A stretch of DNA of 59,803 bases, filler included, from Basidiobolus ranarum (GCA_040143965.1; 3 parts of 3 records of this genome joined end to end with filler, not necessarily neighbours in it); one strand, 5' to 3'; positions 37,890-49,688 are shown, counted from the whole stretch's first letter. Numbers and translations: made by a program. Notes: generated by a model not told the origin, from the sequence alone.

Positions 37890-39377
37890 ATGAAAGGGTG
37901 GAAACCAGTCGCTGCCTTACTATGTTCCTTGCATGTTGGGTCCTCCTATGCCTATCAACATGTACTCAAGTCTACTAAACAAATGACAGTCCAAACTGAA
38001 TTCTCACTACTGGACGAACTAGAGAGGACTTTTGGAATGTCTCCAGCTAGCAAAGAACTCCAAGAAACCCAATGGATAAGTGTGGCTACTCATGAATCTC
38101 TCGAAGGCTATGCACTACGGGTGAAGCAACCACAACTATGCGATTCTTCAGTGAAGCAGTACTCCGGTTACCTTGATATAGCTCAAGACAAGCATTTCTT
38201 CTTCTGGTTTTTCGAATCTCGTAGTAAACCGAAAAAAGACCCGATCATTCTCTGGCTAAATGGTGGTCCTGGATGTTCTTCTTTCACGGGTCTTTTAATG
38301 GAGCTTGGCCCTTGTCGAGTTAAAAAAGATGGGTCAGGAACCGAGTTCAATCCACATTCATGGAACAGCAATGCCAATGTTATATTCCTGGACCAACCAA
38401 CAAATGTTGGCTATTCTCATGGCAGCAAGACGTATGGATCTTTGGCAGCTAGTAAAGATGTCTATGCCTTTCTTCAGCTCTTCTTTAAAGAATATCCGGA
38501 ATACTCCAAGCAGGATTTCCATGTCTTCGGTGAATCATACGGTGGTCACTACGTACCAGCGATCGCCAAGACCATTCATGAAAATAACAAAAAAGGAGGG
38601 AAGAAGTTCAAACCAATCAAGCTGAAGAGTATCGGTCTCGGGAATGGGCTTACTGATCCTTTAACTCAGTACAAATACTATCCTAAGATGGCGTGTGATA
38701 ATTCTTATGGCATCAAAGCCGTGTCTCAATCATCCTGTCGCCAAATGGAGCAATCGTATCCCAAGTGTGCAAATATGATCCGGTCATGCTATGATCGCTC
38801 CAATTCAATGTCTTGTGTTCCACCTACTTACTATTGCAATCAAAACTTAATTCAACCTTTTCAGTCATCTGGACTAAATATCTACGACATTCGCACCAAA
38901 TGTGAGCCAGGAGCACAGCTGTGCTATTCTATTCTCAATGGACTGACAAAGTATTTGAATCGACCAGAAATCATGTCGGAGCTGGGTGCCGAAGTGAAAG
39001 GGTTTAAATCGTGTGACACCTCAGTGTACTTTGGCTTTCTTATGGCTGGTGATTGGATGAAACCATATCATCTTAATATCCCTGAACTCTTGGAAGATGG
39101 CATAAGAGTGCTCGTCTACGCGGGGGATGCTGACTTCATTTGCAATTGGTATGGTAATAAGGCTTGGGCCATGGAGTTGGATTGGAGTGGTAAGAAGAAA
39201 TTTAACAATGCTAAGGACACCAATTGGACAGTCCATGGAGAACCGGCTGGTGAGGTTAGAACAGCTAAAGGCCTCACCTTCTTGCGAGTATTCGAGGCAG
39301 GTCACATGGTACCCTACGATCAACCAGAGAACGCCCTGGATATGATAAACCGTTGGATACAAAAATCGAAATTTTAA
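37890..39377 (+). CDS. PRC1: Carboxypeptidase Y-like serine carboxypeptidase (S10), intronless
   Basis: Signal and propeptide from ATG 37890, WLNGGPGCSS, GESYGGHY (catalytic Ser), AGDADFICN and AGHMVPYDQP. TATAAATA at ~37831. Confidence 0.93.
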   Translation: MKGWKPVAALLCSLHVGSSYAYQHVLKSTKQMTVQTEFSLLDELERTFGMSPASKELQETQWISVATHESLEGYALRVKQPQLCDSSVKQYSGYLDIAQDKHFFFWFFESRSKPKKDPIILWLNGGPGCSSFTGLLMELGPCRVKKDGSGTEFNPHSWNSNANVIFLDQPTNVGYSHGSKTYGSLAASKDVYAFLQLFFKEYPEYSKQDFHVFGESYGGHYVPAIAKTIHENNKKGGKKFKPIKLKSIGLGNGLTDPLTQYKYYPKMACDNSYGIKAVSQSSCRQMEQSYPKCANMIRSCYDRSNSMSCVPPTYYCNQNLIQPFQSSGLNIYDIRTKCEPGAQLCYSILNGLTKYLNRPEIMSELGAEVKGFKSCDTSVYFGFLMAGDWMKPYHLNIPELLEDGIRVLVYAGDADFICNWYGNKAWAMELDWSGKKKFNNAKDTNWTVHGEPAGEVRTAKGLTFLRVFEAGHMVPYDQPENALDMINRWIQKSKF

Positions 39378-39591
39378 TATTTAGACTTCACTATTTAATG
39401 ATGTTGATTATTGTAACAAGCAGTCAGATTTATTTTGTTAAAAGTAAATAAATAAGTCAATATGATCTTTTATTTATAAACGATCATCGATTTCATCGAA
39501 TAATGCGAAAGGGCTTGCTCTTTCATAATACAACCAACATTAAAAATCAATATTCTTGTGAGATAGAAGAGTCATTGGAAAACCAATGTAA

Positions 39592-39860
39592 TTAAGCTTC
39601 AATTGGTTCTTGAGCAGGAGCAGCTGACTCCTCAGTGGCAACGGGTGCGGCTGGCTTTTGGAAATCCTCAGAAATGGGCTCAGTGATAGCTTGTTCCTCC
39701 TTAGGTTCCAAAACGGTGATCATATCAGGAAGAGGGTTCTTGGGTCCAATCTTACCTGAAGGATCCCAGTCCAACATAATTTTGACCTTGATACCAAGCA
39801 CACCTTGACGAAGAAGAACGTGACGCACGGCAGTGGTGATGTTGTCACGGACAGGTTGTC
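39592..39860 (-). CDS. RPS3: 40S ribosomal protein S3 (uS3), 3' part only (cut by contig end)
   Basis: [36 protein letters not shown]. Confidence 0.95.
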
Positions 39861-39960
39861 NNNNNNNNNNNNNNNNNNNNNNNNNNNNNNNNNNNNNNNN
39901 NNNNTTAATTAATTAANNNNNNNNNNNNNNNNNNNNNNNNNNNNNNNNNNNNNNNNNNNN
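39861..39960. other. Assembly spacer (N44-TTAATTAATTAA-N44)
   Basis: Same linker as 19887-19986. Confidence 0.97.
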
Positions 39961-40232
39961 TGAAGTACTCAGTCACTCAACTCTTACTCATTCTCTCCAC
40001 AGCCTTTGCTGTCAATGCCAGTATACTTGAGCGCTCGTAAGATCCGAGTTATAAGGGAGTAAGCCATGGCGGAGGTGGTGGAAGAACAAACAAATTTGGA
40101 GGTGGTCACGGTGATGACTATGATGATGAATACGATGGTGATGGTAATGGTGGGAAATACGGTCATGGAAGAGGTAAGAAATACGGAGGTGGAGGCGGAG
40201 GTCATGGTGACGACTGTGATGATGATGAATAG
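39961..40232 (+). pseudogene. Small secreted Gly/His/Asp-rich protein with an in-frame stop
   Basis: One frame reads [M]KYSVTQLLLILSTAFAVNASILERS*DPSYKGVSHGGGGGRTNKFGGGHGDDYDDEYDGDGNGGKYGHGRGKKYGGGGGGHGDDCDDDE*. TAA at 40038-40040; the A of the ATG falls in the gap. Confidence 0.65.
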
Positions 40233-40261
40233 GATCGAGGAGACTACAAAGACGTTTTGCT

Positions 40262-40489
40262 AATGGAATATACTTAGAGGTTTGAAGATATATATATTTT
40301 TTCAAACTTGTGCTAGAAGCCCCAAACTTTGCACACATGTTCCTGGGACCTTCATTAACACATTCTATATGTTTGTTTGCTTATATCTTGACAAAACTAT
40401 AAATGTCTACTCTCTACTCAATAAGTGAAAACCGTCCATTCTTCTAGTTCTCTAAATCACTTCCAACAAACTCTCAATATACTTCAACA
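40262..40489. mobile_element. 5'-truncated LTR (same family as 8625 and 9433)
   Basis: Shares AGAAGCCCCAAACTTTGCACACATGTTCCTGGGACCTTC...TACTTCAACA. Confidence 0.82.
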
Positions 40490-41923
40490 TAAGCATTTGG
40501 CTGATAGAACTCTGAGTATAGATAAATATTGGTTTACTGTTATAAATACCAACTCTGTTAGTATTTCTACTTTTGTTTGCAAAAGAATAGCCTGAGAAAT
40601 GTCAGCCAGGGAAGCCTATTTGCGAAACAAATTTTCAATGGATATACAACTTCTTTGCCTCCAAAGACAAAATAAAGCCTCAAATACCTTCATATTTTAA
40701 GACCAGGCCTCAATTTTTGCTGAGTTCCATAATCTTAGCTTTGCTAGGGATCCCGTAATTAAGAAAGCAGCTGTACAAATTCTGATATCTCCAGAAATAC
40801 ATGGTAAAGCTACCAAGTGAAATTACTAAGCTTACTGTTAAGCTATCTGGGGTTTATATTTCAAAACATGTTGGGAGTAAAGCAAATACACCAGCGCTGC
40901 TAACTAATTCACTATTTTTGCATGTAACTGTAAAATTACAATATCACTGCATTCACTTCATGATTCTGTTTTTGCACTAGAATTTTACATTTCAGGCTAT
41001 ATTTCCAAACACTACGTTTTATATAATCCGAATCTTTGAAAATAAAGTTTTGGCAACACACTGTTTGCTAGCACCAACCTGATCAGACAGGATTAATCAA
41101 TGATGAATGAGAATCTAGCAATTCATCCGAATTTCAGTATATTAAGTTTTTCCATATTACCAGCTATTCCATGCTTAATGGATATGAAGATGACATCTTT
41201 TAGTACATCCTATATGGCAGAGATGTATAAAAGTGAATCTGTTATGGGCGTTAGTGTACAACTAACCCCATATATTGCTGGTGTATGTGTTCTAGGCTGC
41301 ACTGGGTTATCATAAATATCAATTTACTCTACTGATGATTTACACTATTCGCCAAGAACCAGCAATCATTACGATAAATGGATTTACTCAGCCAGCTTCA
41401 GGTGAATAGCAATACCTTCCATTAGAGAGTTCTCATAGAGTCAAGAATCACCCTACCTACGAACTGTATTACATTACTTATCTCTCTGAAAACTCGACTT
41501 TGACGAGTTATTTCCGTTAGTGAGTTTCAAGTAATAGCGCCCATTAATCAATGTAAAACTTGGTTACACGAGCACATTAACACGAGCACATCAACATGTT
41601 GTAAAAAGAATAAAAGAATATATAACAACAAGAAATTACCAGCAACTAAGCATTGAATAGCCACACGAGCAGATAGATATGTGGCAATGGGAACAGAATG
41701 ATATATAGCAACAAGAAAGGATCAGCAACGTTAAATGCTATTGTAATTAAGGCTTAGCTACGAGAAGAGAACAGCATTATTACTATTAGCAGCATTTACC
41801 CGTTATTGATCAATAGATTTGAGTTAAGAATATTGTTAAAGAGAGTGGGAAAGTGAGTTCACACGGCTTTCGTAGTAATATTGGTTCTCACATGAAACTT
41901 CTATAGCAATATATAAGGATAGC

Positions 41924-42887
41924 ATGAATTCTATAGCACTGAAAATGCTATCTGCTAAAATGGCCAAGATCATTACTCTCGTCACTACGTGTCTGCTCCT
42001 ATCTTCGACATCTGCTGCAGCGGTGAAGAACTCTACTGGTGGATTTAGTGCATTGCTGGATTATGTGGATAGTCATAACACTAAACGAAGTCTTCATCAA
42101 GACACTCCGAACCTAGGCTACTCAGCTGAGATGGAAGGCTATGCCAGAAATGCTGCATCTCGATGTATCTTTGAGCATACAAGATCGGGAGAGAATATTT
42201 ATGCTTTGTTTGGCGGCAACGCACCTAGCTTTTCAGATGCCATTAATTCATGGTACGCAGAGATTAGCAAATACGATTATAACAATCCCGTTTTTGGCAT
42301 GGCTACGGGTCATTTCACACAAGTAGTGTGGAAATCCACTGCAAACGTCGGTTGTGCGAGTAATTATTGTCAAAATATGAGAATCAACAACGAGTACAGA
42401 GCCGGTTATATTATCTACTGTAATTACGATCCTCCTGGCAACTATCCAAATCAGTTCAGGAACAATGTCTTACCTCTGAAGGGAAGTAAGTGCTAGGTTT
42501 TTATTAGTATGCAACCCATCAGTTATGCTGTTAGTAGTTTTCTAATTGAGTTAATTAGATGCACCAAATCCTGGTACATGCAGAGAACGCTATGTAGTTG
42601 AATCAGGTGATTATTGCTTCGCAATCTGGTCTAAGTTTGGTCTATCGGAGTCGGAATTCTACGAGCTCAATCCCGGAATCGATTGTTCGAAATTGCAGGT
42701 AGGACAGTCAGTCTGTGTGGGTAAGACTATTGCTAACTGCAGTGGTTACTATACTGTTCGATCGGGAGACTCGTGCTATGCTATTGCTACCCAGAATGGT
42801 CTCTCTCTACAGCAGTTCTACAACTTGAATCCTGGCTTGAACTGTGATAATTTACAAATCAATCAAAGAGTTTGCATTCGTCAATAA
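41924..42887 (+). CDS. Secreted CAP (PR-1/Pry-like) protein fused to two C-terminal LysM domains; 2 exons
   Basis: CAP motifs HNTKR, GENIY, GHFTQVVW and CNYDPPGNY. Intron 42486-42558 (GTAAGT...TAG) joins in frame to YVVESGDYCFAI...LNPGIDCSKLQVGQSVC and YTVRSGDSCYAIA...LNPGLNCDNLQINQRVC. The true start may be a downstream Met. Confidence 0.88.
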
Positions 42888-42943
42888 TCCAAGTAAACAA
42901 ATAAATTTGCGCACGGTTTGAGGAGATAGTTTTAATAAATTTG

Positions 42944-42983
42944 AAGCATCTACCTCCCTGATTAAAGCATCTACCTCCCTGAT
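42944..42983. repeat. 21-bp tandem duplication
   Basis: AAGCATCTACCTCCCTGAT occurs twice. Confidence 0.85.
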
Positions 42984-43312
42984 CTAAATTAAAATTCATG
43001 ACTATGTTTTTGATCATTATATTACTCTAAATCCATGTGGAAGCGCTATCTGACACCAAGCGACATATTGATTATACTTAACCAATACTGGCGTAATTAG
43101 GGTTAGGGTTAGATGTATGTGAACCTTGATTTATTGCACCCTATTATGACCAAATCAAGGAATGATGCAGCAGTAGAATAAAGGCATATTGAAGAAGCAC
43201 AATCTTCGATGATATGATATATTGTTTATGCTTGACGGATGATAATTTGTAAATATGTAGAATGAATTTTGAATGCTTAATATTAGCATCCAATATTAAA
43301 TGATGAGTTTGA

Positions 43313-43391
43313 GAATAGTATACAAGGAGTCACACTGCGTCGGTAATTTGGAATAGTATACAAGGAGTCACACTGCGTCGGTAATTTGGAA
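43313..43391. repeat. 38-bp perfect tandem duplication just after the NRPS stop codon
   Basis: GAATAGTATACAAGGAGTCACACTGCGTCGGTAATTTG occurs twice. Confidence 0.92.
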
Positions 43392-43392
43392 A

Positions 43393-46300
43393 TCAGACTT
43401 TAGCCTCTAAGTAATTATCCTCACTATAACTCTTCAATGGAATACCAGCCCAACTAGAATTCGATGGTAAGGATTCTCCTTTCATTACTAACGATAATCG
43501 ACCTATAGAAACACTATCTTCAAGATTTGCCCCATACAAGATTACTGATGCACTTTGAACATTGCAACGGTTCCCAATCTTCAATTTGTCCAACTTCATG
43601 ATACGGTCTTCGAAGAGGTGTGTCTATTAAAACGTATGGTCAATTTTATACTATCAATACATAGAACAATGATTCTATTCACCTGGAGGATTACACCTGT
43701 GCCAATGCTCACATCATCCTCAATATCAATCAAATCGGCTTCACTAATCTGCCATGTATCCATCCATACCCGCTTCCCAATCTTACTCCCAAGTAATCTG
43801 AACCAAACACATAAAAGGGAGGTACCACGTAGATTCTGAATCAGCATTTTGTTGGCAATTCCTTCCTGGAGTGCTGTTGCAAGTTCAGTTCTGAATGATA
43901 ATACTATTAGAAAAACCTCCCTTGAAATAAATACTAGTATTAATTTTCTCTAATTAAAACTTCACCTCCACACAAATGAACTCCAAAGAGGCACTTCACG
44001 CTTAGTGTAGACCCCTATCAGTGCCCACTTCATAATAAGGACAAAGCAACAGCCGCAGATCCCTATTACCCCACTCAGAATTGGATATATGAAAATGAAG
44101 GAACTAATGAGTGCCCCTTGAGATAGTTGATCAAATAAGCCGTTCAAGCCATTCACATACACATCTGGTAGAATGTTACGTTGTGAAGATCCTTGGTAGA
44201 GTATCTCAATTACAACTGTAAGAGTTACCATCAAAGTTACGGTAACTATGTTTGGTAGGAATACGCGCCAAAACTCAATCGAATAGCGTGTTACATAGAG
44301 CCAATTCGTTGGATTATAGGTACGCTCTTTAGGCCAATTTAATACTGGTGCCTGCCGAATGGGAAGAAAAAGTGCCGGAGAGCCGAGCCATGAAGAATTG
44401 TCAACAATTGACTTTACATTATGCCCGGGTGTCGAGAGCACACCTAAAAGGCAGTCCTTGCCTGAAAGATAAATTAACACCAGGTATAAGAAGAAATCGC
44501 TTCAAATTTATAACCGGTTTTCTACTTACCCATTGCCACACCTGAAGGAAGAAGAGCACTATTTCCAATAAATGATCTATCCCCTACAACAGTGCGGTCA
44601 ATAGTAATGCATCCTCGATAAACGCACGGTGGACCTACTACAGCAGTATCTGCAACAAAACACCCATTTCCTATGGTTAGAAGATTGGGAGATATGTATG
44701 TGACAGTCGAAACCTCGGAAGCTTGACCAATATTAGCTCCAAGAGTGCGTAACCAGTGAGGCGCATAAAGTGTTCCATAAATTGAATTGATCATATCGAG
44801 TGAAATCTGCATCAATACATCCACAGACCTAATATTGTGATCGTCAAAGTTAGTTCAAAATACTGATGAAATAAGTTCTACTATGACTAACCATTTTCGT
44901 ATGTAGAAGATGCTCCGTAGTTTGTATTCGCCAGGTGATATTCTGGGTAAGACTATACACTTTAGAAGTGCAGTTACAAGGCAAAACAGTATCACCGAGA
45001 TTATAGCGACAAATGGAGAAGTCACGACCACCGTGACATATGGATTGATAGTGGAAAAGAGCACTGGAGTGTATTCCAACACGATGATACCTATTTTGAA
45101 AGTAATTAGATACTGAATCGGGCCTAAACGTCATTGCATTCACTTACTAGTAAGTGTTGGTAATAAGCCCAAAGTTCCATTAAGAAATGCTACAGTTATG
45201 AAATGCAACAGGCAACAAAACCATAATTTAATGAAGGAATCGGTGGTTTCTTTGTCCGTTTCAATTATATTTTCTACGAATTTCGCAGGCGATCCTCCCC
45301 ACCGTTCGTCTTTAAGTATTCTCTCATTTTCTTGGAGTGCTGATACGTCATCCAACATGGCTCTCTCTTCAAGCTGTGAGTTCAACCCTAGATTCGATCT
45401 ATTTCCAACGCGCGCACCTGCCCCTACGTGTATACCAGTCCCTATAATAAGCCACCCGTCTTCAACTTTGTACCCTAGTAGATAAGCATTTAAGCCAATA
45501 GATGCCTCATCCTCGATTGTCAGGAGGTCAAAACAGCTCACATGCTGAGTGCCAATATACGCAGTCATATTTACACGCGCGCCCATCAGAATGTAGAAAA
45601 TGTTCAGCAATGGAGAACCTTCGAGGTAGTTTAGTTTAAGTGCCCCCATAATACGTTGAATAACCCACCAACGCCAGTAGTAGTATCCCCAGACAGGCCA
45701 CCTCCCCGGTCGATAACGGCCAATAAGAATCCATTTGAGGGTAATAGCAATAAGTGACATCCAGAAGAAATCCAAAATAAAGACAAAGAGTATAACGACA
45801 ATTGATACATCGGTGAATTTGTACAAGATATACAGGATAGATATTGGCAGCGATGTGACGACAAACACCGTTGATATTGCTAGGATTTGGCAAATAAAAA
45901 GACCAATAGCATGGATATATCCAGGTATGGGTGGAAAGGAAGCTCTGTCTGAGTTGGCTAACTTCTCGATATCAATGTCATTCAGTTCCCCTTCATTTCT
46001 CTCTGGCGATTGGAGAGGCAATTTTGATAAAGCAGTAGTTGAGCAAACTCCCGAGTCAATGGTATGTGCAAGCTTCTCCAGTGTATCGTATTGATAGATA
46101 TGGCTCATCGAAATACCTCTTGTGCTCTCACTCTTGCGCAATTCTGAGACCAACATAGCAGCAAATAGAGAGTGACCGCCAAGAGCAAAGAAGTTATCGG
46201 ATATAGAGATTGTTTTTCCTACAAAGTAGCGTGACCAAATCTCTACAAGCATCGCCTCTGTCGGGGTTCGTGGTGCAATGATTACTTTACTGCTGTCTTG

Positions 46301-48700
46301 TTTTTCAATGAATTTTTCATCCAATATTTGTGGGAGGTTCTTTCGATCCACTTTTCCGCTTGGTAGGGTTGGAAATTCTTCTACGACCTGGAATACGGTG
46401 GGCACCATATAGGACGGCATGGTTTTCTTGAGATACTCTTTGAATACTTCTTCGTCATATTCCTTCGCTCTGTTATTGAGAATAATATATGCTACTAGCT
46501 GCTCCACATTAAAAGAATCCACATGAACATTGACAACAGCCCCTTGAATTTCTTCACAATGCAGTAAGGTAGATTCTATCTAAAATAGAGGTTAGAAGTC
46601 ACTAGGATATATAGTCATCATATTCGCAAGTATCTGTTACCTCAGCAAGCTCAATCCTATAACCACGTAATTTTACTTGAGTGTCTATCCGACCCAAATA
46701 TTCAATTTCTCCATCAGAAGTGAAGCGAGCAAGATCACCTGTCCGGTATAATCGGCCTTCTGCAGTCAGCAACTTGTTTTGTATGAACTTACTATTAGTA
46801 AGCTCAGGCTGATTTTGATAACATCGTGTGACACCACGACCTCCTATAACCAGCTCTCCTGCAGCACCGAGAGGTTGGAGCTGACCATGAACTGATAAAA
46901 TGAAAGCAGAGTACCCTGGTATTGGACGTCCGATTGTTACAATATTGTCCGACGAATGGCATTCCTTCCATGTTGCAATCACCTAATATACAAAACATTT
47001 GTAATAGCTTGGCACATGTTATTATAAGAAATCACTTACTGTAGCTTCTGTTGGACCATAACTATTCACAACCCGGCATTTGGTACTGAATCGCTCGACC
47101 AGAGTTTTAGGGCAAGCTTCACCACCAAGGATGAGCAACCTAAGACTTGGCAACTTTTCCTCTTCTGATAGCATACTCAGAAGAGTCGGTACACAACTCA
47201 GCACAGTTACACCTTTAGCCTCCAATATATCTGAAAGGCCGGGTCCTGGTCTTTGAGTAGCCGGGACTAGAGTACCACCAACCATGAATGGCAACCATAT
47301 TTCTTCTATAGAAGCATCAAACGCAAGCGAAAACTGTTGATACACGCGATCTTCTGCGTGGAGGCCGAAGATATGATACTCTGCCTGTATCAGATTTACG
47401 GCATTTTGATGCTCGACAGCAACCCCTATGGTAACACCATTAATTTATTTTTGACTGAAATAATGAAACAAAATAAATGAATATTACCTTTTGGCCGTCC
47501 TGTAGTTCCGCTAGTGTAGATCATATATGCAACATCAGATGTCCGCAGTATCTCAGCAGGTAGTTTAAAGTCCTCAGAGGAAGAAATTTCCCATTTTAGA
47601 CAATCCTCCAAGAATATAGTCTGGCATGTCAGAGTTTTTTCGAATCCTTGACTTTCAGCGATTACTCTCTCGGTAAGTAACAACTCTGCTCCAGAGTCTT
47701 TAAGAATATAGTCTACGCGCTCAATTGGACACGTTGGATCAATTGGAACATACGCAGATCCGGTCTTTAATATAGCAAGCATGGCAATATAAGCGGCTGG
47801 AACTTGCGGCATTAAGAGGCCAATAAATTTCCCAGGCCCAGTAGCGTAGTTTTCATAAAGATGATAAGCAAATTGAGTGGAAATACTTTCTATGTCTTGA
47901 TATGTAAAGATAGTGGTTTGGCTTTTGGAATCCTCATATAGTATAGCGGTACGATTAGAATGCATTCTAGCGGTATTCTCAAATATTGTATGAAGAAAGG
48001 TCTCATTGGGCGGAGAAATTTGGTGCCATGGAATTTGAGAAGCAGCAACTGGTGGGGTAGAAGACCAAGTTGAAGAGGTCAGAAATTCTACTTCTGAAGT
48101 AGGAAGAATATCGATGTGAGATATAGGGATGTTTGTTTGCTGAGTAAAGGCCTTGAAGAGGGTATTCCAATGGCCGACAATATAATCATCTTCATCAAGC
48201 CCAAATAGCAACAATTTGGTGATAGCTATGGTACAGATCAAGCCATCATCCTCTTCGATACAGCTAACTTGCAGGCTTCTCTCTGTATTCTCGGTTACTT
48301 CTGAATTGCTCTCGCAACAATTCAAACCAATGATCAGGTCAGAAATTGAACGTAAATGGGCATTTTGTATTGCCTCCATTATAGATTTTGAAGTGATTTT
48401 CTCGATCACCTTTACTACATCAAATACAGTCATTTCAGGTTGTAAAGTGACGGATACTTGCAATGAATCACCCTGAAGTCCGATAGGCGAGAAATGAAGA
48501 GCAATAGTTTCTTCATTTGTATATCTGTAAACAAGGATGCACATGTTTGCGGCAACCACCATAGATAGTATTAAGAGTTCATTTGCCAGATCTAGGAATG
48601 GCAGCTCTGAACGTAAAGCTATCAATAGAAGCTCACGTTCCGTTTTAGCGAGGGTGTGGTTCGTTTTGAACGGATCAGATGATATGGTTTCCATTTGCAT
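43393..48700 (-). CDS. Pls/PosA-family membrane-bound single-module NRPS-like enzyme (A-T plus TM / beta-helix repeats); 9 exons
   Basis: A-domain cores YTSGTTGRPKG, FDAS, NSYGPTE, GELVIGG, LYRTGDL, GRIDTQVKLRGYRIEL and LPSGKVDR. T domain FFALGGHSL. Three TM-flanked repeats follow (MGARV, LGANIG, LGSKIGKRV), ending LQTHLFEDRIMK...WAGIP. Introns ~47426-47487, 46983-47038, 46580-46640, 45088-45146, 44829-44890, 44463-44529, 43892-43965, 43627-43682. Confidence 0.93.
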
Positions 48701-49170
48701 GAACTAGTCTGTGAAGAGAAATAAAATTAGCCACCAGATCCTGTTTTCCAATATTGATTACAATCAAATACCTGTCCTTCAGTTCTCTAGTAAATGAAAG
48801 TCAAAGTGAAGGATTAGTTAAAAAATGACTAGGATAAAGATCTCGGGACATGATATTTATGAGAGAGACTAGATAGAAATGGGTCAGAACAAGGGATCAA
48901 AAACCCTTTAGTCCCCTTATTCCCCCCCCCTCTCGTTTATGATCTATACGAGCAATGATAATGAAAGACGTGCATGGATCTCACCTCCAATGATCCTTTT
49001 ATGACAGTATGTTATGCTCTAGAAATAGCTACATATATGCATTGGTAAGCGCAGGTAAGAACAATGTATGGTGCAATGATAACTGAAGAACATTTAGACA
49101 ATGTAACTTCATATATCGTGGAATGTATGTAGTGCCAGATCGTGAGCCAAGGTCCGACAGCCCCTGGTCC

Positions 49171-49224
49171 GATGGAACAAATCTAATGGTCAAAATAGAT
49201 GGAACAAATCTAATGGTCAAAATA
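49171..49224. repeat. 27-bp perfect tandem duplication
   Basis: GATGGAACAAATCTAATGGTCAAAATA occurs twice. Confidence 0.92.
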
Positions 49225-49688
49225 GGGTGTGAGCAGTCATTAATGAATGTTTGCTAAATGCTCGTCTTGCTCTGGGAGAATGATGATATGGTTTCCTGAT
49301 ATCCTGGTTTCAGGATCACTTCACTGATTTGAATAACTGAATGACGTAATCTGTGTAAGTTGGGAATAGTTAGATGGTATCCACGATTCTTGAGATACAT
49401 GCAGTATACAAATGACATCAATGAGTGACTGAAGTCGTGTTGTATACCTAAGTCCTCTCAAATGAGAACAGTTCGAATATCTCTCTTCGTATTCTCTCCT
49501 ATGTCACCCCAGGCTCTGCGCGAAAATCCCCCTGTATCGGTCTATTTTAGGATAAATACATACTTATACCGGGTTTCTGGATTCTTAATTGATACAGTTG
49601 AACTTTGATCTCGCCAAAGATGCATAAATAGACAGATCAAAGCCTCAACCTCGTATCGATATTTGATAATCCAGAGTTATACACGGTC

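Noticed and set aside
40012-40338. His-rich minus-strand ORF and Val/Met-rich plus-strand ORF (40066-40263)
   Set aside because: These are alternative-frame shadows of the Gly-rich frame and the adjacent LTR.
41100-41330. Possible pogo/DDE transposase remnant on the minus strand (AWNS...NC)
   Set aside because: Similarity is too short and frameshifted to support by eye.
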